From the NCBI RefSeq assembly GCF_000315625.1, contig NW_005434672.1, positions 1,085,374-1,149,373 of the forward strand: DNA of 64,000 nt, given 5' to 3'. How positions within the stretch are numbered: position 1 is the stretch's first letter; each line of letters begins with the position of its first letter. This document shows positions 26,359 to 40,466 of the stretch, in pieces. The DNA comes from Guillardia theta CCMP2712. Taxonomy: Eukaryota; Protista; Cryptophyta. Both the position numbers and the translations under genes were made by a program. The notes beneath the pieces are model-generated. The model ran no database searches, was not told the DNA's origin, and saw only the letters and a program-made list of their open reading frames with translations.

Positions 26359-28230
26359 ATGACATCAACAGTAGATATCAAGAAAGCGGATCCCTTGGCT
26401 CCAAAGATATTTCGGAAGGTAAAAGTGGATAACTTTCAGCAATCTTCCTTAGGATTCTTTGTTCAGGATGTTTGCGCATGTCAAATCCAGGAATGGTGGC
26501 CATCTTTTCGACCAGTCAGTGACTTCTTTTATATGATCCTCCATGGCTCTGACAGTTCATTCTTTCCAAGTGCACTATAAAGACAGCTTTCATCGACTTG
26601 AAGGAGGATTTTTTTGAATATTTGCTTCAAGATGGATTGGTCTTGCCAGAAGGGGTAGAACCTGTAACTGCGTGTAAGTATGAATCGTTTTTCGTTGTGA
26701 ATTACTCCAACTTAAGAAATGCTGACACATGCTCTTAGCCAGTGGCAGAGTCAAGTCCAAGGATGATTACAGGTTTGAGCATTCTGCTTGGAGGATTGAG
26801 TCGATATGAAAAACAGCTCTTGACTTTCCCATCAGCGACTCGGATTTTTCAAGTTCATCTGAAAGTGAACAGGTTTGACTTTGTTTTCCTCTGTCGGCTC
26901 CTTAACATCATTCCAGGGGTCTAACCCTGATGAAGAACAAAGTGATCCGAACAATCCAGATGATCAAGAACAGGCGACAAGGTGAAGAACATACGACTGG
27001 AATTCTCTGACGATTGGATGCAGACCAAAGTTTGGAGAACTCATCGACGTGATTTCCAAAGCTATCGAAGATCTGGGTGGAGAGGTGTTTCCAAAACTGA
27101 ATTGGAGTGCCCCAAAGTAAGCGCTTGAGGGATTCCTTTAAATAACTTCGCTTTTCAAACGTAACAATGTCTTTCAAGGGATGCAACTTGGATAAATGTA
27201 GGAGAGAACTTGAAATGTATTTCAGTTGCTGATGTCATCATTCTTTTGAAGAGCAGGTTCACATCCAATCATTCTTTCTGAGTACTGATGAGTGTGTGGC
27301 CAGTGATTTTGCTGTCCATGACCTCTGCCATGCCTTCGATGCGTGTGCAGATGGTCCGAATGAATCCGAGACGACTGTATCGGTGGAAAACCAAAGGCGA
27401 CCCACCAAGGTTGTGCTCGCACTTCGCAAGTGGTTTGACATGAAGACTTCGATGGAATTCCGGTGCTTTGTAAAAGACGAGTTTCTCGTGGGTATTTCGC
27501 AAAGAGATTGCTCGAGCCATTACGACTTCTTGTTGGAATGGCGGAGTCAGGTCACTTTGCCTCTATCAACTTGACTCTTGACTGATGTTCAATGCTACAG
27601 ATCGTTTCTGTTATGAGAGAATTTTACCTGAACACGATCCGAGGACGCTTTCCTCTCAAGACCTTCGTTTTCGATGCCTATATCCGACAGGTAACAATGC
27701 TTCCGCGTGCTCATATGGATGTGACAACAAGTTAATATCAGAGAGATTGGAAAGTCTTTTTAATCGATTTCAATCCCTATGGTGGATTCACACAACCATT
27801 GCTGTTTTCATGGAAGGAACTTGACGAGCTGCATGAATCCATGAGAGGTCATTTCTGATGTTTCTTTGGGTCAAGCTGAATTCTCTATAGCCGATGACGC
27901 AAGACCTCAAGGAGCGAATAGCGCAGATCAGGAGCCCGAGGATGCCGTGACCATGGCTTTCGAAGATCTTCTTCGCACTAGGGATGCAGAACTACGACTG
28001 GTAGACGAGGGAAGCGCGATGCGACCAGGGGTGGGGATGTACAGCAGGTATCCCTGTAGCTACTTGTATCATGCTATCTCTGAGCCTCTGTATCGATGTC
28101 CCGATCTTGGTTGACTTTTGGTGATTGCAGGCTACCTGCCGACCTGCGCGATCTTCCTGGAGATACGGTAGATGAACTGATACAACGGTGCCAAGCAGCG
28201 AGCAGAAGCCAAAGTACGCAAAACACATGA
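26359..28230 (+). CDS. CDC123: Cell division cycle protein 123 (ATP-grasp, eIF2 assembly factor), multi-exon
   Basis: [49 protein letters not shown] and [17 protein letters not shown]. The start codon is inferred. Confidence 0.88.
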
Positions 28231-28269
28231 TAGTTGTAAAGAGCCGGGACCTCAGCCTTCCCATCAGAG

Positions 28270-28705
28270 TCACATCCGTTGACTCCGGCCGACACGGAAG
28301 TTCTCTAGTCACGCCGGAGTACCGTACGGTCCGGTCCCCGGGCCCGGCGACTCCCGGCCGCCGCCGGGCGCCGTGTACAGTCGGTCAGAGGCCAACGCTG
28401 AGCCCGGGCCGCGCACTGGCTGCGTCAGCTGAAGAACCTGACAGTGACAGTGAGGGTCGGAGTTGCTGGCAACTTGATATGTTAATTTGAGCCAGCACTG
28501 AATAATGACAGCCGGGCCGCAGTGAAGGCTGCACCGGCGGGCCGCGGCGGGCCCAGCCGCCCGGCCGCCCGGCCGGGCCTCCGGGCCAAGCTCGGGGCCG
28601 CCGCACTCAGTGCACGTCGGTAACCGTCACATGACTGTAGTCACAAAAGTCACTTCTATCATCAGTACGGAAGTTTACTCAAAGTTAAGGAAAAAATCAG
28701 TACGA
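28270..28705. repeat. GC-rich CCGGG/GGCCG interspersed element ending in the shared 32-bp block
   Basis: Same motif vocabulary as 5140-5520; TTTACTCAAAGTTAAG-nn-AAAAATCAGTACGA at 28674-28705. Confidence 0.55.
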
Positions 28706-29949
28706 GGCAGTGGTACGGTCTATGGTTTAAAAGTAGTTTTATAGGCAGCTAGGCTTTAACTGATATCTTCAGTTAAATGTTGTTCCGTACTGTATGGCGT
28801 AGTAACAAGATTCTCCTGTACTTCTTCACTTGCCACAGACGGTGGGGTAGTAAGACCACCCACCCCGGGGGCCCCACTTACACTGGCATATGCCGCTCCT
28901 GACTCTAAATGGTATCCAACTGAAAAAGGGTGGGTGGTGCCTCACCGCAGTCCCTTTCCCTTCTACGCCTCGCTTTGTAGTAGTAGTACTTTGTTGCCCA
29001 ACTCTGCTCATCTTCAAAGATAAACTGTAGGGTGGGGTAGTGTACCCTACCCCCACTTTGTCTGACAATCTTTTTTCACAAGTCGGACCTATTTACTAGC
29101 TACCATACACCCTACCCTTCAATCGGCACTACCCTATCGTCTCCAACTCCCCAACTGCCACAACCCCCGCAAATCCCCTTGGCCACCCCAGGTTGCTAGT
29201 ATAACCCCCAGTGACTTTCTCAAGGGCTTTCCCTTTCTGGAGGACCGGTCCTCAAATATCTCATCGCTTTCTCACCCCACCCCACCTCAGATTTATTCCT
29301 CCAGGGTAAAGGGTACAGGGCTGGTCACCCCCTTCTTCCTTAGGAGAGAGGCAAAGGGGTGGGTTTGAGAGGAGATGGACCGGTTGATAGGGTGACCCAA
29401 AGGGGGTAGGGTACTACCGGTGGGATGATAGAAGGATATGGGACCGCACTCGTGAGAGGGAGAGGAGAGAAGGAAAGCAGGGGGAGGGGAGGAGGAGGGA
29501 AGGAGATCATGGAGAGCAAGAGGGGGATATAGCAAGGCACGCACTCTCATGGACAGAGATCAGTTCTGGAAAGAGAGAGGGAAGGGGGACAAGGGGGGCA
29601 GGGGGGGGGCAGAGGATTAAAGGGGGATTGGTCCGAATGAAGATGGCCAAGTAGCATAGATTGAGAGGGATTAAGCTCGAGTCAGCCCGATGACATGTAG
29701 GCTTTTTCGTACCCAACCTGTTCTCTGCCTTGTCATATTAGTGATAATTTACGGGCAATCGAATTTCGTGATGTTGGTGAGCTCAAAAGCAACATGTTGT
29801 TGTGTACCAGAAGCCATCAGCCCTAGCTTCCCCACAGCATTCTAACAAGATGTAGATTTCTTTGATACAAAGTCGTTTCGTTATGGTCTGTCCAAACCAA
29901 TCTGACAACATTTCAACAGAACCGCGGCTTTTGATCATTCCACCGAAAG

Positions 29950-31872
29950 ATGGAAAACGGAGCCGTCATGGAAACACCAGAAACGAGCCAAGTGGTGGAT
30001 TCGCCATTGTCACCTTCATCGCAAGTCTACACTGATTTCCTGAAGCTCCATCGTGAGAAAAAATCATCCGTGAACAGTGAAGTGAGAGGATCTCCCAACA
30101 AAGCGATGCCTGCCACTCAAAACTACCACGAATTCATCGAGTCCCATCTTCAATCCAAGGCTTTGCTCAAGTCCCCTGTTGCACCAGGTGCAACTGAAGC
30201 GACCTTGGATCATAATGACGTAATGAATGGCAAGGTCTGACCCCCTGCCCTCTCTGGTATCGTACTGACGTCTGGTTCAGGATGACGACGTTTCCGACGT
30301 GACAGTGTCGACCCAGGTTGATCCGATCAATCTTGCCAATGGAACAGAGGAGGCAGAGAATGGGAATGCAGAGAGTCTTGAACAACCGGCAGAGGACCTG
30401 CTTGAACTAGAGAAGAAGAATCGTGAGCTGTTTTCTGCTTTGGATGAACACATGAGCAAAGAAGTCAAGACGGAGAACGGCGACGTGCAAGGAGTTGAGA
30501 ATGGGCTGATGCAACTTCCAGAGCATAACAAAGCCAACCATGTTGGGCAAGACAACGAGGAACAAGGCGGAGATACAGACCTGAATCACAACGATCAGGC
30601 AGCGCAGGAGGATCCCACCCCGAACGATGAGGAGAAAGCAAGCGATCTCCCTCAAAACACTCTTGAGGTTAACGGTATCGAGCAGGTAGAAACGCACGTC
30701 GGGACAGAAGTTCAGACCAATCACATCCGCAAGAGCAAAGAGGGAAAGAGCTCAGTTGGTGGCATTCTGAATAACATTTGGCAAAGCCTGAATCCGTCAA
30801 AGAAGAAGAAGCAAAAAGAACTCCAGGATTTGGAGGCCCAAGGCAAAGGCAAGTTGAGAAGGAGAGTATCTTTGAAACCGGAATTGACAATTGCAATGCA
30901 GTTGAAAACCATGACACGAATGGTTCCAACACCATTCAAGGTGAGATTGAGGTGATCAATGCCAAGGAAGAAGCTTTCAACCAGATTCAAAACTTGGACA
31001 TAGCAGAATCCCAGGAAAGGGATACGGTAGACTTGGAAAAGATGTCAGAAGAAGAAAGGAAAGAATTTGCAAGCAAGTTGAAGGATGACGTTGCCACACT
31101 GGAAACCTGCATTGACGAAATAACCAAGAACTCTGAGAACGATGAATCGAAGCCACCCCAGTTAGTCCCTCCCTCTGATGAGAAAGAGCCTTCTCAACGA
31201 GGGTCGGGCAGCAGCAACCAGAGCAGCTCCTTGAGGAACGCGATCAAACGGATCGAGCAAGCTCTTGACAACATCCGTTACGTCTCTCTGGGTTACATCT
31301 TAGTTGGTGTCACCGTCATTGGCTTGGGCATCTTCTCCATGTTGGGCATTCCTGCCTGGAGTGCAGGTTTGTTTCTCCTCCTCATCGGGCTGATCAACCT
31401 GCGAAGAAAGAGTGCTTCCTATATGCTTGTGGCCCCGAGAGGTTTCCGATATGCCTCTGTTTTTGCCGTCTTGCTCCTGCTTGCCTCTGCGGGGGTCTTC
31501 CTCTTCTCCACCATTGTGATCTCCTCGCTTGATGGAACTCCCACGTGCCCTGGAGACACAATCAACACCGTCTGCCTTCTGTCGCCCAGTGAGGCTGCGC
31601 CTGCAAACCTCGACTGCGACAAGAACATGACGCTCGCAGATTATGAGATGAAAGAATCTCTTTGCACTGCGGTGTTTCTCTGTGGCAATCATACGATGCT
31701 GTTTGCTCCGTGCCACACAAAGGCCACGATCAACATGTCAGGATTCATTCTCTGTGTTATCATGGCGTTCTGCATTTTCTTTATTTCGGGATGGATTCAA
31801 GTCGTTCTTGAAAGGTACATCTCATCTCGTTCGAACCCACATGTTGACGTTTTGCTCCAGGAGTGTCTCTGA
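29950..31872 (+). CDS. Hypothetical membrane protein: long acidic N-terminus, about 4 TM helices and a Cys-rich loop (2 introns)
   Basis: Three consecutive + strand ORFs join via introns near 30235-30280 and 30849-30901; hydrophobic stretches lie at 31280-31520 and 31735-31800. Confidence 0.7.
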
Positions 31873-32102
31873 CTGCAACAGAGTTCGTAACGGTGGCAGG
31901 AGCATTCACTTTGCGGACCTGAGCTTCACTGCATACTTGCAACATGCCTTGTGTTGTGCCAAGACTCCTGAAGAACCGGAAACGACAGAGGTGTGAGGGG
32001 TAAAAGGTCAAGTAATGAAACTCTTACTAAGTAATTGGCTTCTGTTTGCACGTCAGAGCCATCTCGCTTTACATAAGAACATGATCTAGGATATATACAT
32101 GT

Positions 32103-35100
32103 CTACACTGTGATGACCTCATAGCACGTGAGGCCTTTCTTGTTTCTCAGCTTGTCATCAGCACCTTTGGAGCGCAGGTAATCGCCAAGTTCCTTGTAGT
32201 TGAGCTGGTACGCCAGGTGGAGAGAGCTGTTCCCAGCTGAATTGGTTGCGTTAATGTTCGCCTTGTTCCGGAGCAGCAGCTGGCGATGCGTTTCTGCCCG
32301 TTCATGGCGCAAGTCAGCAGCATCGTGTTGTCCTCGGGGCCATGCCGGGTGTCCACCGCCAGGCCCTCTGCAAGAGCCTTCTCCACCTCTCGGTACTTGC
32401 CAAGCTTGCAATGCATGAACGCTGCCTCGACCTGCTGCTCGGCTGCGCTCTTGCTGCTCGACAAGTCCTTGAGCTTCGAACCGGCGGCACTGCTGGAGGG
32501 AGCAGGAACCGTGGCGGCAAGCGGGCGAGATGGGGCGGCATCCTTGGATCGAGATGCTTCAAGCTTGGGCTTGTCAGGCTGCACGGTCTCGCTCTTCTTC
32601 TTGAGAGGCTTCACGCCCTTGCTCTTTCCCCGCTGGTCGCTGTCGCTCGAGGGGTCCGGGCTGATGTCGTTCTTGTTGTAGTTGGACCGCCGGTGAACCA
32701 TCACCGGGGCTCGAGGCTTCGGCGCCTCGTCCGAGGACCCGGACTCTCGCTCGCTGTCGCTTCCTCTGGCCTTGGGCCTCTTGCTCGCCGACGCAGCCTT
32801 GCTGCTCTTGCCTCCATCACTCGTCTTGGTAAACCGAGGAGGCAGGCGCGCCCGACCTGCTGTCTTGCTGGGCCCCATGGCGGTGCCGGGCGCTGACCTG
32901 GTGGCCGCCTGCTGGGAGTGTCGCATCATGGAGGCAGCAGGAGGAGGCTTCATCTGGCTCACCCCACCTGTTCCTCCAGCTGGAGGAGGCTTCATCTGCA
33001 CCCTCTCAGCTGTCGCGCCTCTGCTGACCCCGCGGCCCTGCAGGTCGGAGAAGAAGGCCTGCACTTGAGGAGCAGACTTGAATGCCTTCACCGCCCGCTG
33101 CTGTCGCGACTCCCACGACTCCGAGGAGGCCTGCGCGATCTTGCCTGGCGTCGCCTCGGCTCTGAATCGCTTGCCTGCCGCCTTGCTCGGGCGACGGAGT
33201 TGCGTTCCTGGAGGCACCTTGTACCGGTCAGGGCGGAGGAGGTGAGGAGGGGTGTAGAGGCTGTCTCGCGAGAGGATCGCCCTGCGTGCTCGGCACTTCT
33301 TCTTGGCCTGGAGCATGCGAGCAAACGACTGGAGGGTCTCGATCGCCCTCCTCCTCCTCTCCTTCCTCGACCGCGACACGAACATCCTCACGTTGCATTG
33401 CAGCAACGTGGCATAGCAGTCCCGCATCAGCTCCCGCTCAGCCGCCTCTTCCTCTGCCTTGAGGAGGAGGAGACGCGCGATCTTCTGCCTGATACAGCAC
33501 TGGATGATGATGCACTGCTGGACTTTGAACTCGTGCAGCAGCTCCACCTCTCTCCTCCTCCTCCTCGACTCCTTCCTTCCCAGCATCCCTCTTGCCACCG
33601 TCTGGATCTTCTTCGCCGACCTCTCCTCCAGCTTCTCCCACTGCCTGTCCCTCGCTCTGCTCCTCCCGATCATCCCCCTCGTGTACTTCTGCACCACCAA
33701 CGCAGCAGTTTCTCTCCTCCGCTCCTCCCTCGCTTCCCTCAGCCTCTTCCTTCCCAGACGAGCTCGGTACGCTATCTCTACACGGAGGGCCGCGGTGCTC
33801 TGCCATAGGAACACCCTCCATGCCCGTGCCGCCTTTCTTCCCATATGCCCGCGCACCACGGACTGCAACCTTTCGGCCGCGTCGTTGAGTCGCTTCTCCG
33901 TCCTCCGCTGCTGCATCCTCCTCCTCGCCATCTTCCTCCTGCACTGCTGCTGCACGACCGTGATGGCGGCGTCTTTCTGCATGCCGTCCACGATCTTCCA
34001 GTATCTCGTCCGTTGCACATGCCGCCGCAGGACTGCCTGCAAACTTGCGATCGCTCGCTCCTCCTCTCGCACCCTCCACAGGACGCGGAACTTCCGCCTG
34101 CCCACATGCCCTCGGTACGCAGATTGCAGCGCGAGGAGGCAGCGGATGTGCCAGCGGTGTTGGAGGAGAGGCTTCTGGTTCGCTCGCACCCACCGCCTGT
34201 CGAGATGTCCTCTCATCACCGACTGGATGTGGACGGAAGCGGACCGGTAGCTCGCACGCCTCGTGGAGAGGATGGAGCGGAGGAGGAACGAGCTCAGCCG
34301 GCTCTCTGCATGGTAGCGGAGGAATCTCCTCCTCCAGAACTTCCTCTTGAGGTTAGCGCTGATGGTGGAAGTAGCCATCTCGAAGATCAGCTTCCTGTGC
34401 AGGAGGTTGCGGAGGAGGAAAGAGGAGATGTGCATCCCTGCGCGCTGCATCCTGAACTTGGGCACGATCAGCGATCGTTTCACTTGCGCCCGCAGCAAGT
34501 TGGCAGCAACGACGCGGCGCAGGAGCTCTTGCCGCATCCTGCCCCCTGCCCTCTGAGCGATGGACAAGGCTGCCTGCTGCCTCCTGTAGATCGACTGCAG
34601 CCGCCGCATCCTCGCGTGAGAGATCAGGATGTCTCCTGCTCGCTCAACAAACATGAGGCGAGCCACGTGTGCGAAGTAAGCATGCTGGATGCAGACGGCG
34701 GCCTGAAGCCTTCTCCTTTGCTCTTTGAGCACGGGGATCTTGGACGACAGGTCGATGGCTGTCCTGAGCATCAGCCTCGCCAGATGCTCGCGGTAGGCGC
34801 ACTGGAGGATACGAACAGCTTCCAGCCTCCTCTGCATGTCCTACGTCAGTGGCGGGGCATGACAAGTCGTGTCCTCACCTCCGTCCTCCTCCCCTTGCAG
34901 TCTCTCCTCCCCGTGTGCCCCCGGTACACTCGCACGAGCACGGCAGCAGCGTCCAGCTCCCGCTGAGCTAGCAGGGGAGGGAGAGCGACGTGTCTCTGTA
35001 TCCACATGCGGGTCGCTGCCTGTATCCTCTTGGCGGCATTGGATCGGATGATCAACTCCCTCGCCCTCCGCAGCCGACCTGCCTCCATCCAGAACTGCCA

Positions 35101-38100
35101 GGCAGACATCCCGTCATGTGGAGGGGAGAGAGGAAGAGGGAAAGGGAGCAAATAGGAGGCGAGGGGAGGAGAAGAGGAGTAGAGGAGAAGATGAGGAGAG
35201 AGGAGGGGTAAGGAAGAGAGGGGAGGGGAGGGAAGGGGAGGAGGAGAGGAGAGAAGGGAAGGGGAGGTGGAGAGGAAAAGAGAAGAGGAGAGGAGGAGGA
35301 GAGGAGGAGGAGAGGAGGAGGAGAGGAGGAGGAGAGGAGGAGGAGAGGAGAGGAGAGGAGCATACCATCTTCTGCCGCTTCAGCCCTTCTCGCGCTCTCC
35401 AGCATCGCACGACACACTGGATTTTCAGAGCGGCTCGCTGCATCTCCTTTCTCTGCTCCTTCTTCAAGACTTTGGCGAATGTTGACCGGCCGACGTGGCC
35501 GCGGAAGACAGCTTGCAGCAGGAGCGCTCCTGCTCTGCTCAGCACCTCGTCTCTCCTCTCCCTCATCCTCCTCCTCGCCAGGTGCATCTTGCAGGTGCCC
35601 ACGAGTCGCTCGGCTGCCCGCTCGCGCTCTTTCTTCCAATACCTGAAAGTGGATGAGGCGAAGTGGCGGAGCGGAAGGTAAGTGGAGCGAGTACAGAAGT
35701 CAGGAGGATACAGGGGAAGCAGCATGAAGAGAGGAGAGAGAGAGGAAGGAGGGGGAGGGGGAGGGGGAGGGGGGAGCAGAGTAGGAGGAGATGGTTCGGG
35801 TAATTGGAAGCTGCAAGACTTTGAGGAGCTTCAAACCTGGCGATGGGTCGCTGGCGTGCAAAGGGGTTGGAGAAGCTCCAGGCCTGCAGGACGAGGGCAG
35901 AACAGCATCTCCTCCTCCCCATCACATCCATCGCATGCTCGTTGAACTCAGAGCGCGCGCGCCATGAGCGAGCGGCCGACTGGATCATAACGGCCGCCAT
36001 GGCGCTGTCCCGCCAGAAAACTCGGCGGATAACGTTCCTCCTTGCTTGCCAGGAGCGGACGCAGCACTGAAGGCGGACGGCAAGCTGGTCCTTGCTGCTC
36101 GCCAGCCGCTGCTGGAGGTCGAGGAAGCAGATTCTTGCGCGGACTAGGTTTCGAGCGAGATGGCCAGCGAAGACTCGCTGGATGTCGATTGCTGAGTGAT
36201 GCTGGATCTGTGAAGCAGGAGCGTTAGAGGAGGAAGGGAGATGAGAAGCAGGATAAGGAAAGATGTCAGAAATGGAGGAAGAGGAGAAGGAGGAGGAGGA
36301 GGAGGAGGAGGAGGAGGACATGTTGAAGCAAAAACGAGAAATGATGAAGAGGCGGAGGAGGGGAGAGGAGCAGGAGAGTTACCAGGGACAGTTTGCGATG
36401 ACGAAGCAGCACGAGTCTCCTTCTCGACCAGTAGTTGAGCACAGCACGTTGAATGCAAGCAGCAGAGAAGTCGTGAAGCTTTACACTCCTGTTGCCAAAC
36501 GTGAGATAAGAAGAGGGGGAGGGGGGAGGGAGGGAAAAGGGGGACAAGAGGGAGAGGGGGAGGGAGAGGGAGAGAGGCAGGGGAGAGACAGGAGAAGGGA
36601 AGGGAGGGGAAGGAAAGAGGAAGGCAAAGGGGCAGAAGTAGGGGTAGTGGGAAGGGTTGGAATGCAGAAGGGCCGATCGGGTGGGGAGTAAGTTGTACCA
36701 ATCATCCTGGCAGCTGGTCCACATCGTCCTCGCAGCTACCCTCGCCATCCAGCACCTGACCGCTGACTGCACGACCATGACGCTCTCCTCCTCCTTCCTT
36801 CGGCACCGGTAGGCGATCAGCCGGCGGGAGAGTCTCTTCGTCATCTCCGTCATGTGCTGAGCTTGTAGCCGGAGCACGCAGCGCTCCTCGAGGTTCAGCC
36901 TCTGCTTCAGGCTGCCGATCGACAACCCCTGCCTCCTCCACACTGTCGATCCCGGGCAGCAGAGCAGCCTGCGATGCTCCCGGTGTAGCTCCGTCATGCT
37001 GCTCAGGCGAGTTAGCGCGATCCCCATCACTACCATACCCTCCTCCTCCCTCCTGTCCGTCTTCCTCACTGCCACTGACCTCACCCCTGCCCTGCCAACC
37101 CCCCTTCCCTCCTCCCCCTCCTCCTCCTCCTTCTCACAATTTTCGTGCCAGGTGGCTCCGATAGGCGCACTGGATGCGCTTCGTCCTGTCTTGCCTCAGC
37201 TGGTGACAGAAATTACCGACGCTTCGTGCTGCATGCTCGTAGAGATCGTTGCGGCGCCGCCGACATGTTCGCATCCGCCATGCGCTCTGTGATGAGAGTT
37301 GGAGTTAGAGCTAGAGTTAGAGGAGGTGGAGGAGACAGAGAACTCAGGAGGAGGAGAGAGGCAGTCTTACTTGTATGCAGGTAGCAGCAGGACCGTACTT
37401 CTTGTCCTCTCTTCTTCGCATCCTCTTCATATGCTGTGTGATTTTTACGAAGAAGGTCTGGATTATCAGCGCAGCTCTTCTCCTCCTGCACTTGCTCCGT
37501 CACTTCCTCCTCTTCTCTTCCACCCACGTCACCTCATTTGCCAGTCTCTTGTCTGCTTCGCTCGTTTCTCTGCTGCCAGCCTGCCAACCCTCAACCTTGC
37601 GAGCATACACCTGACGTTGCTCTGCAACAGAGCTGCGAAGGCATAGATCTGCAGGGAGTTGAGGGGAGATCAAGAGGCGAGGAGGAGGAGCAGAAGGAGG
37701 AGGAGCAGCAGCAGCCGCAAGGGGAGGGGGAGAGGAGGAGGAGTCACCTGATTGCGGTACATGCTCTCAAGGTGGACTGGTCTCCTCATCAACTGCGCTG
37801 CTTGTCGACGGGCAGCATGGCAGCGGTAGCAGCACTGGAGCAGGACAGCTCCATCCTCGTACACCCGCATTGCCTCCTGCGTGCGCAGCAGGTGCCGCTT
37901 GTAGGTTCTGTTGAGATGAGGAGGAAGGGAGTCCTCCGTCTCCCACGACTCGTCGGTCGAGAACGGCCTTCTCCTGCTCATCTCCTTCCTCCTGCTCTCT
38001 GCGGCTCTGCTCATGATGAGATCGCGGACTCGCTGCTCAGACAGGAAGTCTTCTCCAGCTCCGGAAGTGGCCGGTATCCCATCAAACTGCAAACACAGCA

Positions 38101-40466
38101 GCTCGTCAGGAGGGCGAGCACGTCTCGAGCAAGGGGAGCACCTGAGTCGACATCTCCTTTTGATGAGAGCTGTGGGTGGGGAAGGACGTTTGGAGGTAGT
38201 CAACCAGCCCCTTCTTGTTTCCCTTGGGGAGATACCTCAATGCACTCGAGCTGTTGCCGTGCTGCTGCTTCTCTTGAACCATGTGGAGCATGTCGAACAT
38301 CGTGGGGTCCGTTGCTTCTCCCTTGTTAGAGATACTGTTGACATCTCCTCCCTCCCTCCTCTTGAAGATGTTGGAACCTCTCAGCCCCGCTCTCCCCTCC
38401 TCCTCCTCCTCCAGCGGCAGCGCCAGCATCGTCTGGACTTGCCGATCAGCTGTGGGGTTGCGCTTGAGATATTCGCTCTCATCCAGTCGTGAGGAGGAGA
38501 GGTGAAGCGGGAGCGACGCCTCCCCATCGCTCCCAAAGATCTCGCTGTCTCCATCCCTCCTCCTCTCCTCCTCTCCCTCGCTCTTCAGTTCCCACGCCCT
38601 TGTCCTTCTCGCTGACGCCGCCCAGGAACCTCGATGGATCGCGTGCAACGAGTGCAATCCGTTGGGCGTGATCATGCTCCTGCTCGCAGGAAATGAGGAC
38701 GAGGAAGAGGACGAGGAAGAGGAAGAGGACGAGGAAGAGGACGAGGAAGAGGAGGGAAAGTTGGTGACATTCTGATAGTTCTATGATCCAGACTTTGTGA
38801 GACACAAGGAGGACCGAGAGGATCAACGATTGTCAAGTTGTGTGCAAACCTAAAATAGACAGACAAACAAGGGGAAACAGACAGAAATTATCAGGGGCAT
38901 GTGTTGAAACACAACAAACAGTCAACGAGGAAGTCAACATGGAAGGAAAAGGAGGAAGTAAGTTGTCCTACTATACCTCTCGCTGTTCCAAGCTTCGGAG
39001 TTGGCTTTAGATCGATGGGAATGATCGACGTTGGGGTTCCATTGGTCGATCTTCTTCTGCTCTCTCATTACGCGTGAATCGCCAACATTCTGATCACAAT
39101 GGACCCTCACAGTCAGTCGCAAGTTCGACGAACATCGCAAGCTCACCGTAGAGCTCAGCGCATGATCATCAACGGTCGACGAATCATTCGCAAGATGACG
39201 TGACCTCCCGTCCGACTCATTCAACTTCCACAGCTTCAGAGGAGAAACATCTGTTCCTTCATCCCTTGTCCTCTCTGCGTACGTCGGGTTGGTACCCTGC
39301 TGCTTCTGACTTCCCTTGCTTATGCTCTCCCTCGCCTGGATGTAAATCTTGTGGATAGATTCATACAGCGGGTCACTGAAATTCAAATATTTGGTGGCCG
39401 TTTCAAATGATCGCTGAATCCAGACCCAGCTCTCCTCCTGCCTCTTTAAATTCTTGTGCTCTGCACCCAGGTTGAAGTAGACGATCGTCAGCAGGCGGTA
39501 CAGCCTCCTCTTGTCCGGTGTGTCCTTCACATCCTGTATCCTGTTGAGCAAGTCGTCTCTTGCGGACAGCAGCTGCCTCAAAGCACCCTCGTGTTGCCCT
39601 GCTTTGGACAAGGAGCCTGCGTACTGCAGCAGGACGTCCACCAGGTCGATCTCAACGTCCTCGGGTTGAGCTCTCAAGTCCAAGGACGAGCACAGCTGCA
39701 GCGACCTCTGAAAGTACTCCATGCTCTCTGCTACCTGCCCCAGATGCTTCAACAGTATCCCCACATGAAGGAACGTAAAGGCTGCCAACGAGGACGGGAT
39801 GGAGTGGTGCTTGTTGACCAAGTCCAGCGCCTGATGCAGAGAGCTCTTGGCTTGCTCAAGGTTCCCCGCAGAGATCGCAAGGCGGCCCAGACGGACGTAC
39901 TCCTTGACGAAATGCTCGCAGGCCAGCAGGTAGTCCTCCGACCTCATCGAGTTGTGGGGGTTGAGGATAGCACCTGATTCGCGAGAATCGCTTGTGCGAT
40001 CGAGGCCACCCGAGACGTTCGGATCGTTCCATACGCGATTGCGCGAGGAAGAGTCGAAGGTGCTGGATGGGGTAACATGACGCTCTCTGTGCTTCTGGAA
40101 GGGAAGAGACGTGCTCGGCCTTGGCTGGGCGTCGGGTGAAGAAGAGAAATGAAAACCGTTGCCTCCTCTATCGAGCTCTACAGTCCTAGACTTCTTCTGG
40201 AAGTCATATCCGTCACTTCTTGATGTCCTAGATGACCCGAGGACATCAAAGTGACTCCCTACCACCTTCACCTCCGGCGCATGCCCGACTTCTTGCGTTG
40301 CGAGCGTAGAAAGCTCAGCCAAAGTCTTGATAGCCGAGTTTCTGGACGGGAGAGAGCGGGAGGTCAGGGAACTCACTGTCGACTGACTGATTGAATCGTT
40401 TGGGACCTTCAGCCGGGAGCTGAACCTGCTGGGCGTATTGTCCAGCAAGACGCCCTCCACCACCAT
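32103..40466 (-). CDS. Very large TPR + multi-IQ-motif + C-terminal ankyrin protein (multi-exon; may be two genes; apparent 1-nt frameshift at ~32281)
   Basis: TPR-like helices in the 38934-40466 ORF; many IQxxxRGxxxR motifs (IQSVMRGHLDRR, LQSAYRGHVGRR, IQTVARGMLGRK); ankyrin NTMLLTCAMNGQ and GNSSLHLAY. A possible extra 5' exon extends to 40731. Confidence 0.65.

Noticed and set aside
32200-38500. Numerous long + strand ORFs antisense to the IQ gene
   Set aside because: Shadow ORFs from high GC3 and purine-rich introns, with no domain signal.
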